NCBI GenBank assembly: GCA_963703315.1
Contig: OY969811.1
Location: 2,848,001 to 2,912,000 of the forward strand
Reading direction: 5' to 3'
Source: an uncultured cyanobacterium
Lineage (GTDB): Bacteria > Cyanobacteriota > Cyanobacteriia > Pseudanabaenales > Pseudanabaenaceae
DNA length: 64,000 nt
Shown one piece after another: positions 54,139 through 64,000 of this stretch. The notes beneath the pieces are model-generated. The model worked only from the letters and a program-made list of their open reading frames with translations. It was not told the DNA's origin and did no database searches. The position numbers and the translations under genes were made by a program. Within the stretch, counting starts at the first letter, position 1, and every line of letters begins with the position of its first letter.

Positions 54139-57100
54139 ATGATGCGTAAGGTTGGTGTGGCGGTGAGTCGGGTTGGATTGATTTTGATGTTGGGAATGTT
54201 TGGTGTTCCTTTGATTTCGCCGAGTTTTAGTCAGTCGAATTCTGATCTTTCTTCACCAGCTTTGAAGGAGGCGTTGGAACTTCATGAGCAGGCGTTTCAA
54301 CTCTACAATCAGGGGAAATATCGAGAGGCAATTGCCATAGCACAACGTTCCCTCTCGATCTATGAAAAAACATTAGGAGTCAATCATCCCGATATCGCTA
54401 ATAGCCTCAACAATCTCGCGACATTTTATCAGTCACAAGGGAACTACCCAGCCGCCGAACCACTTTATAAACGTTCCCTCGCGATCTATGAAAAAGCATT
54501 AGGAGCCGAGCATCCCTCCGTCGCCACTAGCCTCAATAATCTCGCTGGGTTATATCAGGCACAGGGGAACTACCCATCCGCCGAACCACTTTATAAACGT
54601 TCCCTCGCGATTCGCGAAAAAGCATTAGGAGATGATCATCCTGATGTCGCTACTAGCTTCAATAATCTTGCAGCGTTGTATCGATCACAGGGGAACTATC
54701 CAGCCGCCGAACCACTTTACAAACGTTCCCTCGCGATCTATGAAAAAGCTTTAGGAGCCGAGCATCCCTCTGTCGCCACTAGCCTCAATAATCTCGCATT
54801 GTTGTATGATTCACAGGGGAACTACCCAGCCGCCGAACCACTTTACAAACGTTCCCTCGCGATCTATGAAAAAGCTTTAGGAGCCGAGCATCCCTCTGTC
54901 GCCACTAGCCTCAATAATCTCGCATTGTTGTATGATTCACAGGGGAACTACCCAGCCGCCGAACCACTTTATAAACGTTCTCTTGCAATTCTAGAAAAAG
55001 CATTAGGAACCGAGAATCCCTCTGTCGCCACTAGCCTCAATAATCTCGCAGCGTTGTATCGATCACAGGGGAACTACCCATCTGCCGAACCACTTTATAA
55101 ACGTTCTCTTGCAATTCTAGAAAAAACATTGGGATCTGAGCATCCCGATGTCGCCACTAGCCTCAATAATCTCGCTGGGTTATATCAGGCACAGGGGAAC
55201 TACCCATCCGCCGAACCACTTTATAAACGTTCCCTCGCGATTTATAAAAAAGCATTAGGAGCCGAACACCCCCTTATCGCCACTAGTCTCAATGGTCTCG
55301 CAGTTTTGTATCAGTCACAGGGGAACTACCCATCCGCCGAACCACTTTATAAACGTTCTCTCACAATCTATGAAAAAGCATTAGGAGCCGAGCATCCCAA
55401 TGTCGCCAATAGTCTCAATAACCTCGCAGCGTTGTATGCCGCACAGGGAAATATTGATCGCGCAATTACATTTCGACAAAAAGGACTTGAAGTTCAAGAG
55501 TACAACTTAAAACTCAATCTAGGATCTGGCACTGAAATCCAAAAAGAAGCTTATATGCAAACCGTTTTGGGCAGAACCTTTGAGACTCTTTTCCTCCACG
55601 TCCAATCCGCCCCCACAAATCCCGCCGCCATTCGCCTAGCCCTAACCGCCATTTTGCAACGCAAAGGTCGTCTCCTCGATATCTTATCAACCAACCTGCA
55701 AACCCTCCGCCAATACCTCACCCCCGACATCCAACCACAATTTGACCAATGGCTAACCCTCAAAAGCCAACTCGCCAACCTGACCCTAAAAAATACCCCT
55801 ATCGACAAATATCGCCCAATCCAACAACAAGCCGAAGAATTAGAATCCAACCTCAATCGTCGCAGTTCAGAACTGCAAGCAATCAACGAAACCGTCACCA
55901 TCGAAGCAGTCCAAAAACAAATCCCCAACGATGCAGTCCTGATCGAACTATTTCGCTACAGCCCATTCAATCCTAAAGCAGCCTTAGATAAAGACAAATG
56001 GGGAAATCCTCGCTACGTTGCCTATATTCTCCATTCCCAAGGTGAACCCAAATGGGTAGACCTCGGCGAAGCCGCAACCTTAGAGCCATCAATTCAAACA
56101 TTTCGCCAAGCCATAGGACGCAACCCCACCAATCCCGATCGCGACTCCGATCCGCAATTAACCATAGCCGAAGTCAAACAAGCCGCCCGTAACCTCGACC
56201 AAAAGTTAATGCAACCGATCCGTCCCCTGCTAGGCAACGCCCGTCATCTGCTGATTTCACCCGATAGCCAACTCAACCTCATCCCCTTTGCTGCCCTCGT
56301 TGACGAGCAGAACCGCTTCCTCCTCGAAACCTACGACATCACCTATCTCTCGTCAGGACGCGACTTACTCCGCCTAAAACGCACGGGTATCAATCTCCAA
56401 AATCCCGTTCTTTTCTCCGACCCCAACTACGGTAAACCCTCAGATAAATTAATTGCTAGCATTGGTCGCAACCCCTGCGAATCCAAGATTGCCGCCAGAG
56501 GTGAAGACATAACTGACCTAGCCAGCAAAATATTTTGTCCACTCCCCAACGTCGCCGCCGAAACCAACGCCATTCAGAATCTTTTGCCACGATCTCAATT
56601 ACTGAGCCAGTCCCAAGCCACCAAAGCAACTGCCAAACAACTCCACAACCCTAGCATTCTCCACTTTGCCACCCACGGCTTCTTCCTACCCGATCCACCC
56701 AATATCAATCCCGACACCCCGATCCGCCAAAATCCCCTCGCGCGATCTGCCCTAGTCCTAGCTAACTTCAATCAGCGCCAATCTTGCAGCGACTCCGACT
56801 CCAATTGCAATGGCTTACTCACAGCCCAAGATGTCACCACCATCGACCTGCGCGGAACCAAACTCGTATTTCTCTCCGCCTGTGAAACAGGACTAGGCAA
56901 AGTCTCCAACGGCGAAGGTGTATATGGCTTGCGCCGAGCCTTTACCCTCGCAGGAGCCGAGAGCCAAGTGATGAGCCTCTGGAAAGTCAACGATCAAGTT
57001 ACGAGGGAATTAGTCGAGAGCTACTACCAAAATCTCAAGGCAAATCAAGGGCGTAGCCAGTCCCTCAAAACGATTCAGTTAGATTTACTAAAAAAATATC

Positions 57101-57174
57101 AATATCCCTACTATTGGGCAGCCTTTATCCCCTCTGGCAATTGGTCAGCAATGCCTGAAGTTTTTAAAAACTAA
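54139..57174 (+). CDS. Signal peptide, TPR repeats and CHAT (caspase/separase-like) protease domain
   Basis: About 9-10 42-aa TPRs; ISPDSQL..IPF, LHFATHG and LSACETGLG (His/Cys dyad), PYYWAAF. Confidence 0.94.
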   Translation: MMRKVGVAVSRVGLILMLGMFGVPLISPSFSQSNSDLSSPALKEALELHEQAFQLYNQGKYREAIAIAQRSLSIYEKTLGVNHPDIANSLNNLATFYQSQGNYPAAEPLYKRSLAIYEKALGAEHPSVATSLNNLAGLYQAQGNYPSAEPLYKRSLAIREKALGDDHPDVATSFNNLAALYRSQGNYPAAEPLYKRSLAIYEKALGAEHPSVATSLNNLALLYDSQGNYPAAEPLYKRSLAIYEKALGAEHPSVATSLNNLALLYDSQGNYPAAEPLYKRSLAILEKALGTENPSVATSLNNLAALYRSQGNYPSAEPLYKRSLAILEKTLGSEHPDVATSLNNLAGLYQAQGNYPSAEPLYKRSLAIYKKALGAEHPLIATSLNGLAVLYQSQGNYPSAEPLYKRSLTIYEKALGAEHPNVANSLNNLAALYAAQGNIDRAITFRQKGLEVQEYNLKLNLGSGTEIQKEAYMQTVLGRTFETLFLHVQSAPTNPAAIRLALTAILQRKGRLLDILSTNLQTLRQYLTPDIQPQFDQWLTLKSQLANLTLKNTPIDKYRPIQQQAEELESNLNRRSSELQAINETVTIEAVQKQIPNDAVLIELFRYSPFNPKAALDKDKWGNPRYVAYILHSQGEPKWVDLGEAATLEPSIQTFRQAIGRNPTNPDRDSDPQLTIAEVKQAARNLDQKLMQPIRPLLGNARHLLISPDSQLNLIPFAALVDEQNRFLLETYDITYLSSGRDLLRLKRTGINLQNPVLFSDPNYGKPSDKLIASIGRNPCESKIAARGEDITDLASKIFCPLPNVAAETNAIQNLLPRSQLLSQSQATKATAKQLHNPSILHFATHGFFLPDPPNINPDTPIRQNPLARSALVLANFNQRQSCSDSDSNCNGLLTAQDVTTIDLRGTKLVFLSACETGLGKVSNGEGVYGLRRAFTLAGAESQVMSLWKVNDQVTRELVESYYQNLKANQGRSQSLKTIQLDLLKKYQYPYYWAAFIPSGNWSAMPEVFKN
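54340..55450 (+). repeat. 126-bp tandem repeat array encoding 42-aa TPRs
   Basis: Recurring CAGGGGAACTACCCA(G/T)CCGCCGAACCACTTTA(T/C)AAACGTTC at 126-bp period; adjacent units near 54721-54972 are almost identical. Confidence 0.93.
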
Positions 57175-57656
57175 GGTAATTTACCAATATAGTCACGAAT
57201 TACAGGTGTGAAAATTTTCACTACCTGTTGATAAACTTCTCTTTTAAATCTAACAATCGAATCGAGAGTCTTGTCGATCGCCATAAATTGCACCACCCGA
57301 AACTCGCGATCGTGGATATCTAACTTGCAATCCGAAGCAGGATGATCCCAATAAAAAGCAAACCAACGCTGTCTTTGACCACAATAATTTGCCCATTTGC
57401 CTGTTAACTTTAGCGAAGGTGGGAAGTCGTAATATAGCCATTCAGGATGAACATAAGCAAGCTTGGCATCATCAATGCCCACCTCTTCATAAAGCTCTCG
57501 TAATGCGGCTACTTGCGGATCTTCTCCTTCATCAATGCCTCCTTGAGGAAATTGCCATGAATCAGGTACTCCCAGACGCTCACCGACTAGCACTTCTCCC
57601 TTACGATTAAAAACAATCAGCCCGACGTTTGGGCGATAAGACTTTTCAGGTTTCAT
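57171..57656 (-). CDS. rppH: RNA pyrophosphohydrolase (Nudix)
   Basis: YRPNVG, WQFPQGGIDEGE...ALRELYEEVG, GQRQRWF, FKREVY. Confidence 0.92.
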   Translation of the reverse strand: MKPEKSYRPNVGLIVFNRKGEVLVGERLGVPDSWQFPQGGIDEGEDPQVAALRELYEEVGIDDAKLAYVHPEWLYYDFPPSLKLTGKWANYCGQRQRWFAFYWDHPASDCKLDIHDREFRVVQFMAIDKTLDSIVRFKREVYQQVVKIFTPVIRDYIGKLP

Positions 57657-57794
57657 AATTTTGAATTTGACAAAGCAAAAGCATAGCACCGCCGCTAATT
57701 ATCATCAAAAAGAATATACTCACACCGCAGAGTGGTGGGGTGTTTACCCTCTTAGTTGAATAAAAAAATCCTTGCAGAGCAAGGATTTTTTTAT

Positions 57795-59558
57795 TTATAC
57801 CAATTGAGTGACTCTTTCCAATTCAGCCGCAGCTTCTTGAACTTCTCTGCTCAAAAGCGATCGCTTTGGTGTTTGCAAACCAACCATTTGATCATTACTT
57901 GCACCGGGAGGAACCATCGGATAGCAGTTTTCATCACGCTTCACGCGGAAGTCAGCGAAAACAGGTCCATCGTAAGCCAAAATTTCGGCAACTGCGGCTT
58001 GCAAATCGCTTGGCTCAATCACCTTGATACCCTTGATACCATAAGCTTCAGCAAGCTTTACAAAATCTGGCATACCAACTTCCATATTAGAAGAAGAGTA
58101 ACGCTCATCATAGAAACTCTCTTGCCATTGGCGTACCATGCCTTGCCAACCATTATTAACAATGATTACCTTGACGTTGATGCCATACTGAGCCAACGTA
58201 CCAAGTTCCTGAATATTCATCTGAATACTGGCATCACCACTAATACAGACTACTTGGTGATCAGGAAATGCCACCTTTGCGCCCATTGCCGCAGGCATTC
58301 CATAACCCATTGTGCCAAGTCCCGCACTCGAAATCCACTTACGGGAACCAGTCTTAATCAACTGGGCTGCCCACATTTGATGCTGTCCCACATCTGTTGC
58401 AAAGTAAGCATCGGGAGCTTGTTTCCCAAATTCGTAAATTACTTGCTGTGGTGAGAGAACTCCATCATATACAGGCACTTCAAGGGGGTAGTCTTCTTTC
58501 CATTCATCAAGCTGCTTGAACCAATCCTTAGTTTGGATGGTTTCTTCATAGCTTGTGGCTTCAAGGATCGCTTGCAATACTTCCTTTACGTCACCAACAA
58601 TTGGCACATCAGGTTTGCGATTTTTACCGACTTCCGCAGGATCGATATCAATATGAATGACTTTGGCGTTAGGAGCAAATTTATCGAGACGACCCGTAAC
58701 GCGATCGTCAAATCTTGCACCAACAGCAATCAACAAATCACAACCCTGTACTGCAAAGTTAGCGTAAGCAGTACCATGCATTCCCAACATACCAAGAGAA
58801 AGGTAATTGTTTTCATCATAAGCACCCTTGCCCATCAGAGTTGTGGTCACAGGCAACTGAAACCGCTTCGCGAGTTCCTCGATTTCCCCATGGGCATCAG
58901 CAAGGACAGCACCACCACCAGCGTAGAGCAATGGACGTTTAGATTCTCGGATTAAGGCGATCGCTGCTGCAATTTGATGCAGATGCCCCTTCACTCTAGA
59001 TTGATAACCTGGGAGATTAACTTCTACTTCAGGATTATAGTCAAAAGTTTGTTGAGCAATATCTTTAGGAATATCAATCAATACAGGGCCTGGGCGACCC
59101 GTCGCTGCAATGTGAAAGGCTTCTGCTGTAATCCGTGCAATATCTTCAGCTTTGCGAATCACATAGGAATGCTTAACAATTGGCAGGGTAATTCCCCAAA
59201 TGTCTGTCTCTTGGAATGCATCAGTACCGATCGCATAGGAAGGTACTTGACCTGTAATCACGACTAAAGGAATTGAGTCCATTTGCGCGGTAGCAATACC
59301 TGTCACCAAATTGGTTGCTCCAGGTCCAGAGGTTGCCACACATACTCCCACCTGTCCAGTAGCGCGGGCATACCCATCGGCAGCATGGACGGCTCCCTGC
59401 TCATGACGCACGAGATAATGTTTAATCTCACCTCTTGACTCTGCCTGATAAATCTCGTCATACACTGGCAGAATCGCTCCACCGGGGTAGCCGAAAATGT
59501 GTTTTACACCCTGTCGTCTCACACTGTCGATGAGAGCAAATGCACCCGTTGTTCGCAA
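57795..59558 (-). CDS. ilvB: Acetolactate synthase large subunit
   Basis: [35 protein letters not shown] ThDP motif. Confidence 0.97.
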   Translation of the reverse strand: MRTTGAFALIDSVRRQGVKHIFGYPGGAILPVYDEIYQAESRGEIKHYLVRHEQGAVHAADGYARATGQVGVCVATSGPGATNLVTGIATAQMDSIPLVVITGQVPSYAIGTDAFQETDIWGITLPIVKHSYVIRKAEDIARITAEAFHIAATGRPGPVLIDIPKDIAQQTFDYNPEVEVNLPGYQSRVKGHLHQIAAAIALIRESKRPLLYAGGGAVLADAHGEIEELAKRFQLPVTTTLMGKGAYDENNYLSLGMLGMHGTAYANFAVQGCDLLIAVGARFDDRVTGRLDKFAPNAKVIHIDIDPAEVGKNRKPDVPIVGDVKEVLQAILEATSYEETIQTKDWFKQLDEWKEDYPLEVPVYDGVLSPQQVIYEFGKQAPDAYFATDVGQHQMWAAQLIKTGSRKWISSAGLGTMGYGMPAAMGAKVAFPDHQVVCISGDASIQMNIQELGTLAQYGINVKVIIVNNGWQGMVRQWQESFYDERYSSSNMEVGMPDFVKLAEAYGIKGIKVIEPSDLQAAVAEILAYDGPVFADFRVKRDENCYPMVPPGASNDQMVGLQTPKRSLLSREVQEAAAELERVTQLV

Positions 59559-59866
59559 AGTAGCCTCCTCTAGACTCTTACTGTAAGTTCTTGAATCATT
59601 TACAGATACTTTTAGCTCACTACTACAAACTAGTAATAATAGGCAAGTACCTTAAGTCGATAATTTGTAGCAATTGTATCGATAATAACATAGACAAGCT
59701 GACCCAAAGCTGCTATGTGCAAAGTCTTAAGCCGACAAAATCTAGAAATACAAGCAATAATATAGACACTATTTAAAGTCAAGAATCGGTGGTGCGAAGC
59801 AAAGCCCCGCATCACCGATTCTTGACTGGGAAGGGAGTACATATTACCAAGATGATTGAAAGCCAT

Positions 59867-59926
59867 GTCAGACAAGATGTCTGACCTACAAAGATTAAAT
59901 CTCTGTGGGACGGGCATCTTGCCCGT
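59867..59926. repeat. Back-to-back pair of GTAG/GTGG-type REP palindromes
   Basis: Reverse complement GTAGGTCAGACATCTTGTCTGAC and GTGGGACGGGCATCTTGCCCGT. Confidence 0.6.
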
Positions 59927-60071
59927 TTGTTGCTAAGACTTGTCAGTCTAAAATATTAATAAACATATAATATTTGCCCCACCAAAGAGATCTTTGCGCT
60001 ACAGAATGATGACAAGTCGCATTTAAAAATATAATAACTGCGTGTCCTTCTGTCATACATCGTCTAAATAA

Positions 60072-60971
<900 letters not shown>

Positions 60972-61049
60972 ATCCTAAGTTTAAAAAGAGAGGGCTGTAA
61001 TGCAGCCCTCTCTTTTTGGATATAATCAGGCAAATTTACCTGTTGCGGC

Positions 61050-62408
61050 ATGAAATTGGAATTACTCTGGCTGCTTGTCGGAATTGGTATTGGCGCGATC
61101 GCTACTAGTGCTTGCTGGTTTAGTTGGAGTTACGCTAAAAAACGACGCAACCGTAAATTTCATAAGCGATCGCGTCATGTATTTAGGGTAAAGTCAATCC
61201 GCAATCTCAAAACTTGGGCGCATAGTATCCAGCAGAATATTCAAAAAAATATTCAAAAAAATATTCGGGATCAATTTGAATTAGGTAACTCTACAGACAA
61301 TGATCTTGAGCGCATATTGTGGGAAAAAATCGTAGAATCTGCTCCTATTGGTTATATTCAAGTTGATCAAGACAACCGCTTGGCTATATGCAATCAAAAA
61401 GCCGCCAGCATGATGGGGATCATTAACCATCAACAGGGGCTACTTCGCAAACCATTTTTGTTGCAACTAATTCGCTCCTATGAACTCGATTACCTAGTTG
61501 AACAAACGAGATCGCGTTGCCAGAGTTCACAGGTTGATTGGGTGTTTCATCCCGCAATTCCTGATCCTGTTAATCCTGTACCACAGTTAGGCAGACCGAT
61601 TCGCGCCCATAGTATTTATTTAGAGCATGGTCAAGTTGGCATTTTTTTGGAAGATCGTCAAGAAGCAGTGATGATCGCGCAGCAACGCGATCGCTGGACT
61701 TCAGATGTTGCCCATGAACTCAAAACACCACTCACCTCAATTCGTCTAGTTGCGGAGACCATTGAACCTCGTGTTGATCCATCCGCCAAAATTTGGGTGG
61801 AGCGATTACTCGGTGAGATCGAGCGCATGACTAATCTCGTCAAAGACTTGCTGGATTTGGGACAGATGGATGTGGGCATCGAACCAACGTTAAATTTTCA
61901 TGAAGTTAATCTAGACAAACTAATCCAATCAGTTTGGACAACCCTTGAACCAATTGCCAATCGTAAGAAAGTTGGTCTCAAATATATCGGCGATCGGCAG
62001 TTAATCTTGCAAGTGGATGAGTCTCGCATTTATCGACTTTTACTCAATTTATTAGATAACAGCATTAAGCACAGCCCCGCGCTTCAGTCGATTACAATCA
62101 AAACCAGCGTGGTAGACTCAAACATACTCATCGAAACAATTGATGCAGGAGAAGGTTTCCCTGAAGAGTCACTGCCCTATATATTTGACCGCTTCTATCG
62201 CATTGATCCATCACGGACAAGGTCAGGACTAGATCGGGGTGGCAGTGGTTTAGGATTAGCGATCGCCCAACAAATTATCCGACTCCATAAAGGATCGATC
62301 TCTGCTAAAAATCATCCTGAGACTGGTGGAGCATGGATGACAATCACGCTACCATATCAAAAACTTGCAACGGAAAACCCGCAAGTCTCTAAGCACTTTC
62401 GTACATAA
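61050..62408 (+). CDS. Sensor histidine kinase, PhoR/SphS-like
   Basis: DVAHELKTPLTSIRL, NLLDNSIKH, DAGEGF, IFDRFYR.D.SR, GSGLGLAI. Confidence 0.85.
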   Translation: MKLELLWLLVGIGIGAIATSACWFSWSYAKKRRNRKFHKRSRHVFRVKSIRNLKTWAHSIQQNIQKNIQKNIRDQFELGNSTDNDLERILWEKIVESAPIGYIQVDQDNRLAICNQKAASMMGIINHQQGLLRKPFLLQLIRSYELDYLVEQTRSRCQSSQVDWVFHPAIPDPVNPVPQLGRPIRAHSIYLEHGQVGIFLEDRQEAVMIAQQRDRWTSDVAHELKTPLTSIRLVAETIEPRVDPSAKIWVERLLGEIERMTNLVKDLLDLGQMDVGIEPTLNFHEVNLDKLIQSVWTTLEPIANRKKVGLKYIGDRQLILQVDESRIYRLLLNLLDNSIKHSPALQSITIKTSVVDSNILIETIDAGEGFPEESLPYIFDRFYRIDPSRTRSGLDRGGSGLGLAIAQQIIRLHKGSISAKNHPETGGAWMTITLPYQKLATENPQVSKHFRT

Positions 62409-62411
62409 ATC

Positions 62412-63404
62412 ATGAGCGCAGAAAAACTCCTGAAAGACTATGCTTTGGGGCGGCGTGACTTTGCTAGCTTAAATCTCGCCAATGCCAATTTGTTTAATAG
62501 CGATTTGATCGGCGCTAATTTAAGCAAAGCTGACCTAAGACGTACCAATTTTGTCTTTGCATACCTCAACAAAGTTACTTTTAATCACGCCAATCTATCT
62601 GGGGCAAAACTAGGTGGAGCAACACTCAACCAAGCCATCATGATGAGTGCTAACCTCTCTGAAGCTGATTTGCATGGGGCAATGTTGCAAAGAGTAAACT
62701 TATTTGGAGCAAACCTTGCACTAGCGAACTTAATGGATGCAAACCTCAGCGAGGCAGACTTACGCAGTGCCAATTTGCGCGGAGCAAATTTACGTTGTGC
62801 GATTTTGACAGCTACACTCATGCGTGAGGAGCGCGGCTATCCACCCACCACGATGAGCGGTGCAAATTTACGCAAAGCCGATTTGCGCGGGGCGAACCTG
62901 AGTGGAGCCGATTTAACGGGGGTGGATTTGTCGGGTGCGAATCTGAGTGAGGCGACGCTATCAAGGGTGAATTTACAGGGTGCAAATCTCAGTGGGGCGA
63001 TCGCCAGTGGCACAATTTTTACTGAGGCAAATCTAAATAGTGTCAACCTGACCGAAGCAAATCTCAAAGGTGCAAACTTAACTAAGGCAGATCTCAAAAA
63101 TGCTAACCTACGTCTTGCGAACCTCTTTGGAGCTAATCTAAGTAAAGCTAATCTCAGCATGGCTACTTTGAGCAATGCAGGATTAATTCAGGCGATACTT
63201 ACAGGTAGTGATCTGTCGCGATCGCTTTTAGATCAAGCAAATCTTAGTCAAGCCAGTCTAGTTGACGCTTATTTAGTGAGAGCTAATCTTGATGGAGCCG
63301 ATTTCAGCGATGCTATTTTGACCAGAGCCGAACTGAGCGGAGCTAGCACGATTGGCACTATCTTTAGTGGTGCAACTATGCCTGATGGCAAAATACACTC
63401 CTAA
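62412..63404 (+). CDS. Pentapeptide repeat protein
   Basis: Continuous A(N/D)Lxx repeats; ends MPDG. Confidence 0.95.
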   Translation: MSAEKLLKDYALGRRDFASLNLANANLFNSDLIGANLSKADLRRTNFVFAYLNKVTFNHANLSGAKLGGATLNQAIMMSANLSEADLHGAMLQRVNLFGANLALANLMDANLSEADLRSANLRGANLRCAILTATLMREERGYPPTTMSGANLRKADLRGANLSGADLTGVDLSGANLSEATLSRVNLQGANLSGAIASGTIFTEANLNSVNLTEANLKGANLTKADLKNANLRLANLFGANLSKANLSMATLSNAGLIQAILTGSDLSRSLLDQANLSQASLVDAYLVRANLDGADFSDAILTRAELSGASTIGTIFSGATMPDGKIHS

Positions 63405-63426
63405 TTAGCACTAACCCCAAAAGACT

Positions 63427-64000
63427 ATGGAAGATTCAAATCTTCTAGAGGAAGTTATCGAAAGCTTGGAGCAAGACAGCAATGTACTTCGCATCAAACG
63501 CCTCATCCTCTTCACTTGTCATGATACTTGGTCAAATGATGTCAACGAAGTTAAAGCGTTGCACGTGCGTCAACTTGTCCGCGAATTGATGCTGATGTTT
63601 CCTGATCTCAATACGCTGAAGCACAAGTTAAATAGCCATGTGAAGCAACTAAGCAAACAATCAGACTATCTACTTGCCGCCGACAACATTATTGATAGCA
63701 TTGGGTTTCTCTATACGTTGCGAGATGAAGGTAAGCTCCCTCATAGTTTTTTAAATCCGCCTCCATCGACACCAACCAAAAGTAAAAATAGTTCTCCTCA
63801 ACCAACAGCCGATAGAAATAATGATCTCGACACGATTCCCCATAAACACAACCTTAAATACTTAACTAACTTGTTTGATTTGCGAACTGATATTTCACGC
63901 AATGTTAGTCCTCTCCATGCCAAGATCCTGTTATTTTCTAGTCTCAATTATCGGTTTAGTCCTCAAGAACGTGACTGGTCAGCCCTCTATACTTACGATT
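63427..64000 (+). CDS. Hypothetical protein, partial (runs off the window)
   Basis: ATG 63427 MEDSNLLEEVIESLEQDSNVLRIKRLILFTCHDTW...; frame appears open to the window end. Confidence 0.7.
   Translation, partial: MEDSNLLEEVIESLEQDSNVLRIKRLILFTCHDTWSNDVNEVKALHVRQLVRELMLMFPDLNTLKHKLNSHVKQLSKQSDYLLAADNIIDSIGFLYTLRDEGKLPHSFLNPPPSTPTKSKNSSPQPTADRNNDLDTIPHKHNLKYLTNLFDLRTDISRNVSPLHAKILLFSSLNYRFSPQERDWSALYTYD

Noticed and set aside
54340..55450. Regular repeats as a possible CRISPR array
   Set aside because: The units are in-frame 126-bp coding repeats with no unique spacers, and there are no cas genes.
57715..57755. Imperfect hairpin resembling an IS200/IS605 end
   Set aside because: Too short and degenerate, with no tnpA/tnpB remnant nearby.
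57756..59267. Long plus-strand ORFs opposite ilvB (similar shadows opposite pstS, mlaD, groEL and the pentapeptide gene)
   Set aside because: Antisense shadow frames of conserved genes with no recognisable features.
59591..59917. ORFs of 61 aa and 95 aa in the ilvB-petH spacer
   Set aside because: No recognisable motif or CpcD similarity; one runs across repeat hairpins.
62412..63404. Strong 15-bp periodicity
   Set aside because: Fully explained by a pentapeptide repeat protein, common in cyanobacteria.

Overview
Cyanobacterial chromosome segment. It carries cpcG, cupB, a split-intein dnaE-c and very dense HIP1 (GCGATCGC) octamers; the repeat style and gene set (hemY, short petH) suggest a Pseudanabaena-like lineage, which is an inference. 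Most genes are housekeeping or signalling genes: pstSCAB with a Pho box, groESL with CIRCE and K-box, ligA, proB, ilvB, petH, zur, dps, mlaDF, potBC, and adenylate cyclase plus cpdA. I saw no rRNA, tRNA, CRISPR array or transposase. The most unusual signals are: (1) about 30 intergenic palindromes sharing a GC-NNN-GC (often GCGAAGC) core, whose outer arms are locus-specific yet usually perfectly self-complementary, sometimes include the preceding gene's last codons, and are often nested in 100-120 bp TA-ended MITE-like shells; (2) an HTH domain fused to a catalytically eroded half acetate kinase, apparently starting at ATT; (3) four phased DnaA-type boxes upstream of a DUF2811 gene, with no dnaA/dnaN in the window; (4) a TPR / DUF928 / broken VapBC / TPR-CHAT protease cluster; (5) an AT-rich orphan AIPR gene in which I found no HIP1. 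All product calls come from motif recognition, not database searches.
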